Below, one piece after another: positions 63,401 through 64,000 of a stretch of DNA of 64,000 nt. The stretch is from Sphyrna mokarran. Its lineage: Eukaryota. The stretch lies in assembly GCA_024679065.1 (NCBI GenBank), contig JAGIQG010000043.1, positions 1,302,001 to 1,366,000 on the forward strand. The letters run 5' to 3'. The position numbers and the translations under genes were made by a program. Numbering within the stretch: position 1 is the stretch's first letter; the number at the start of each line of letters is the position of its first letter. A model generated the notes under the pieces. It made no database searches. It saw only the letters and a list, made by a program, of their open reading frames with translations, and was not told where the DNA came from.

Positions 63401-64000
63401 CCCCCCCCCCCTTCTACGTCCTTCTCTACTCTGACTCCGGAACCTGCAACAACCATTACTGTCCTTGCTCTATCCAAGTCTCTGAAATGGCCACAACATC
63501 AAAGTTCCAGGTACTGATCCAAGCTGCAAGTTCATCCACCTTATTGTGAATACTCATTGCATTAAAGTACACACATTTCAAACCATGCTTTACTCCACCC
63601 ATATGATGCTGTGCTTTACAGTCCTCATTTATGACCCCCCTATTCTCATCCTTCTTAACATCCGAGCTACTCAGGATCCCACCCCCCTCCCTCTGAATCA
63701 GTTTAAACCCCCTTGCATAGTCTTTGCAAATTTCCCCGCCAAGATATTGGTTCCCCTCTGGTTCAGGTGTAGGCCATCTCTCTTGTAGAGGTCCCACCTA
63801 ATCCAGAATGAGCCCCAATTGTTTACGAACCTGAACCCCTCCATCCTCTTCGCCACGAGTTCAAACATTCCCTATCTCTGTTCTTCTCTAAACTATCCCG
63901 TGGCACAGGCAATTGTCCAGAGGTAACCACTCTGTTTGTTCTGGCCCTAAGTTTCCACCCCAAGTCCATAAATTTCTGTTTACTATCCCCTTCCCTTATC
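57431..64000 (-). mobile_element. Near full-length CR1 family 1 (57431-59966 and 63268 to beyond 64000), interrupted
   Basis: 559-aa RT ORF, endonuclease ORF 59393-59875; resumes at 63268 after a TAAAAT duplication and runs into ORF1 esterase sequence. Confidence 0.9.
59967..63267 (+). mobile_element. Nested + strand CR1s: outer 59967-60167 and 62707-63267; middle 60168-60695 and 61661-62706; inner SINE-UTR CR1 60696-61660
   Basis: Sequence resumes across each junction (RNVM/LQL; WLAD/RRQRVVV). Confidence 0.88.

Overview
Vertebrate genomic DNA, most likely a cartilaginous fish (inferred from HE1/V-SINE-like and HER1/CR1-like repeats). Much of the window is CR1 LINE and SINE sequence, and 50.9-64 kb is a stack of CR1 insertions nested five levels deep. 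The unique sequence holds a small cluster of antigen-receptor-like immunoglobulin-superfamily genes that cannot rearrange, because V and a J-like FGxG motif lie in one germline exon with no RSS. Each is followed by a C1-set domain, a Cys-containing stalk/TM exon and small cytoplasmic exons. Gene A (+, 6026-12515) and gene B (-, 30582-23788) converge; their exon phases were checked by hand and splice in frame. A decayed B-type paralogue lies at 41847-38440 (-), and a further tail remnant at about 50.3-50.5 kb. Unique sequence at 15.4-17.9 kb and 26.7-32.1 kb recurs at 36.3-42.4 kb (segmental duplication). The duplicated unit also carries a decayed multi-exon, Cys-rich gene remnant that may be TNFR-like (speculative). 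Other items: a formerly coding tandem duplication at 2.5-4.1 kb, a Penelope-like element with a degenerate hammerhead ribozyme, a Penelope-derived hairpin insertion, and a CR1 family carrying a V-SINE core in its 3' UTR. No searches were run; repeat boundaries are approximate and family assignments come from motif recognition.
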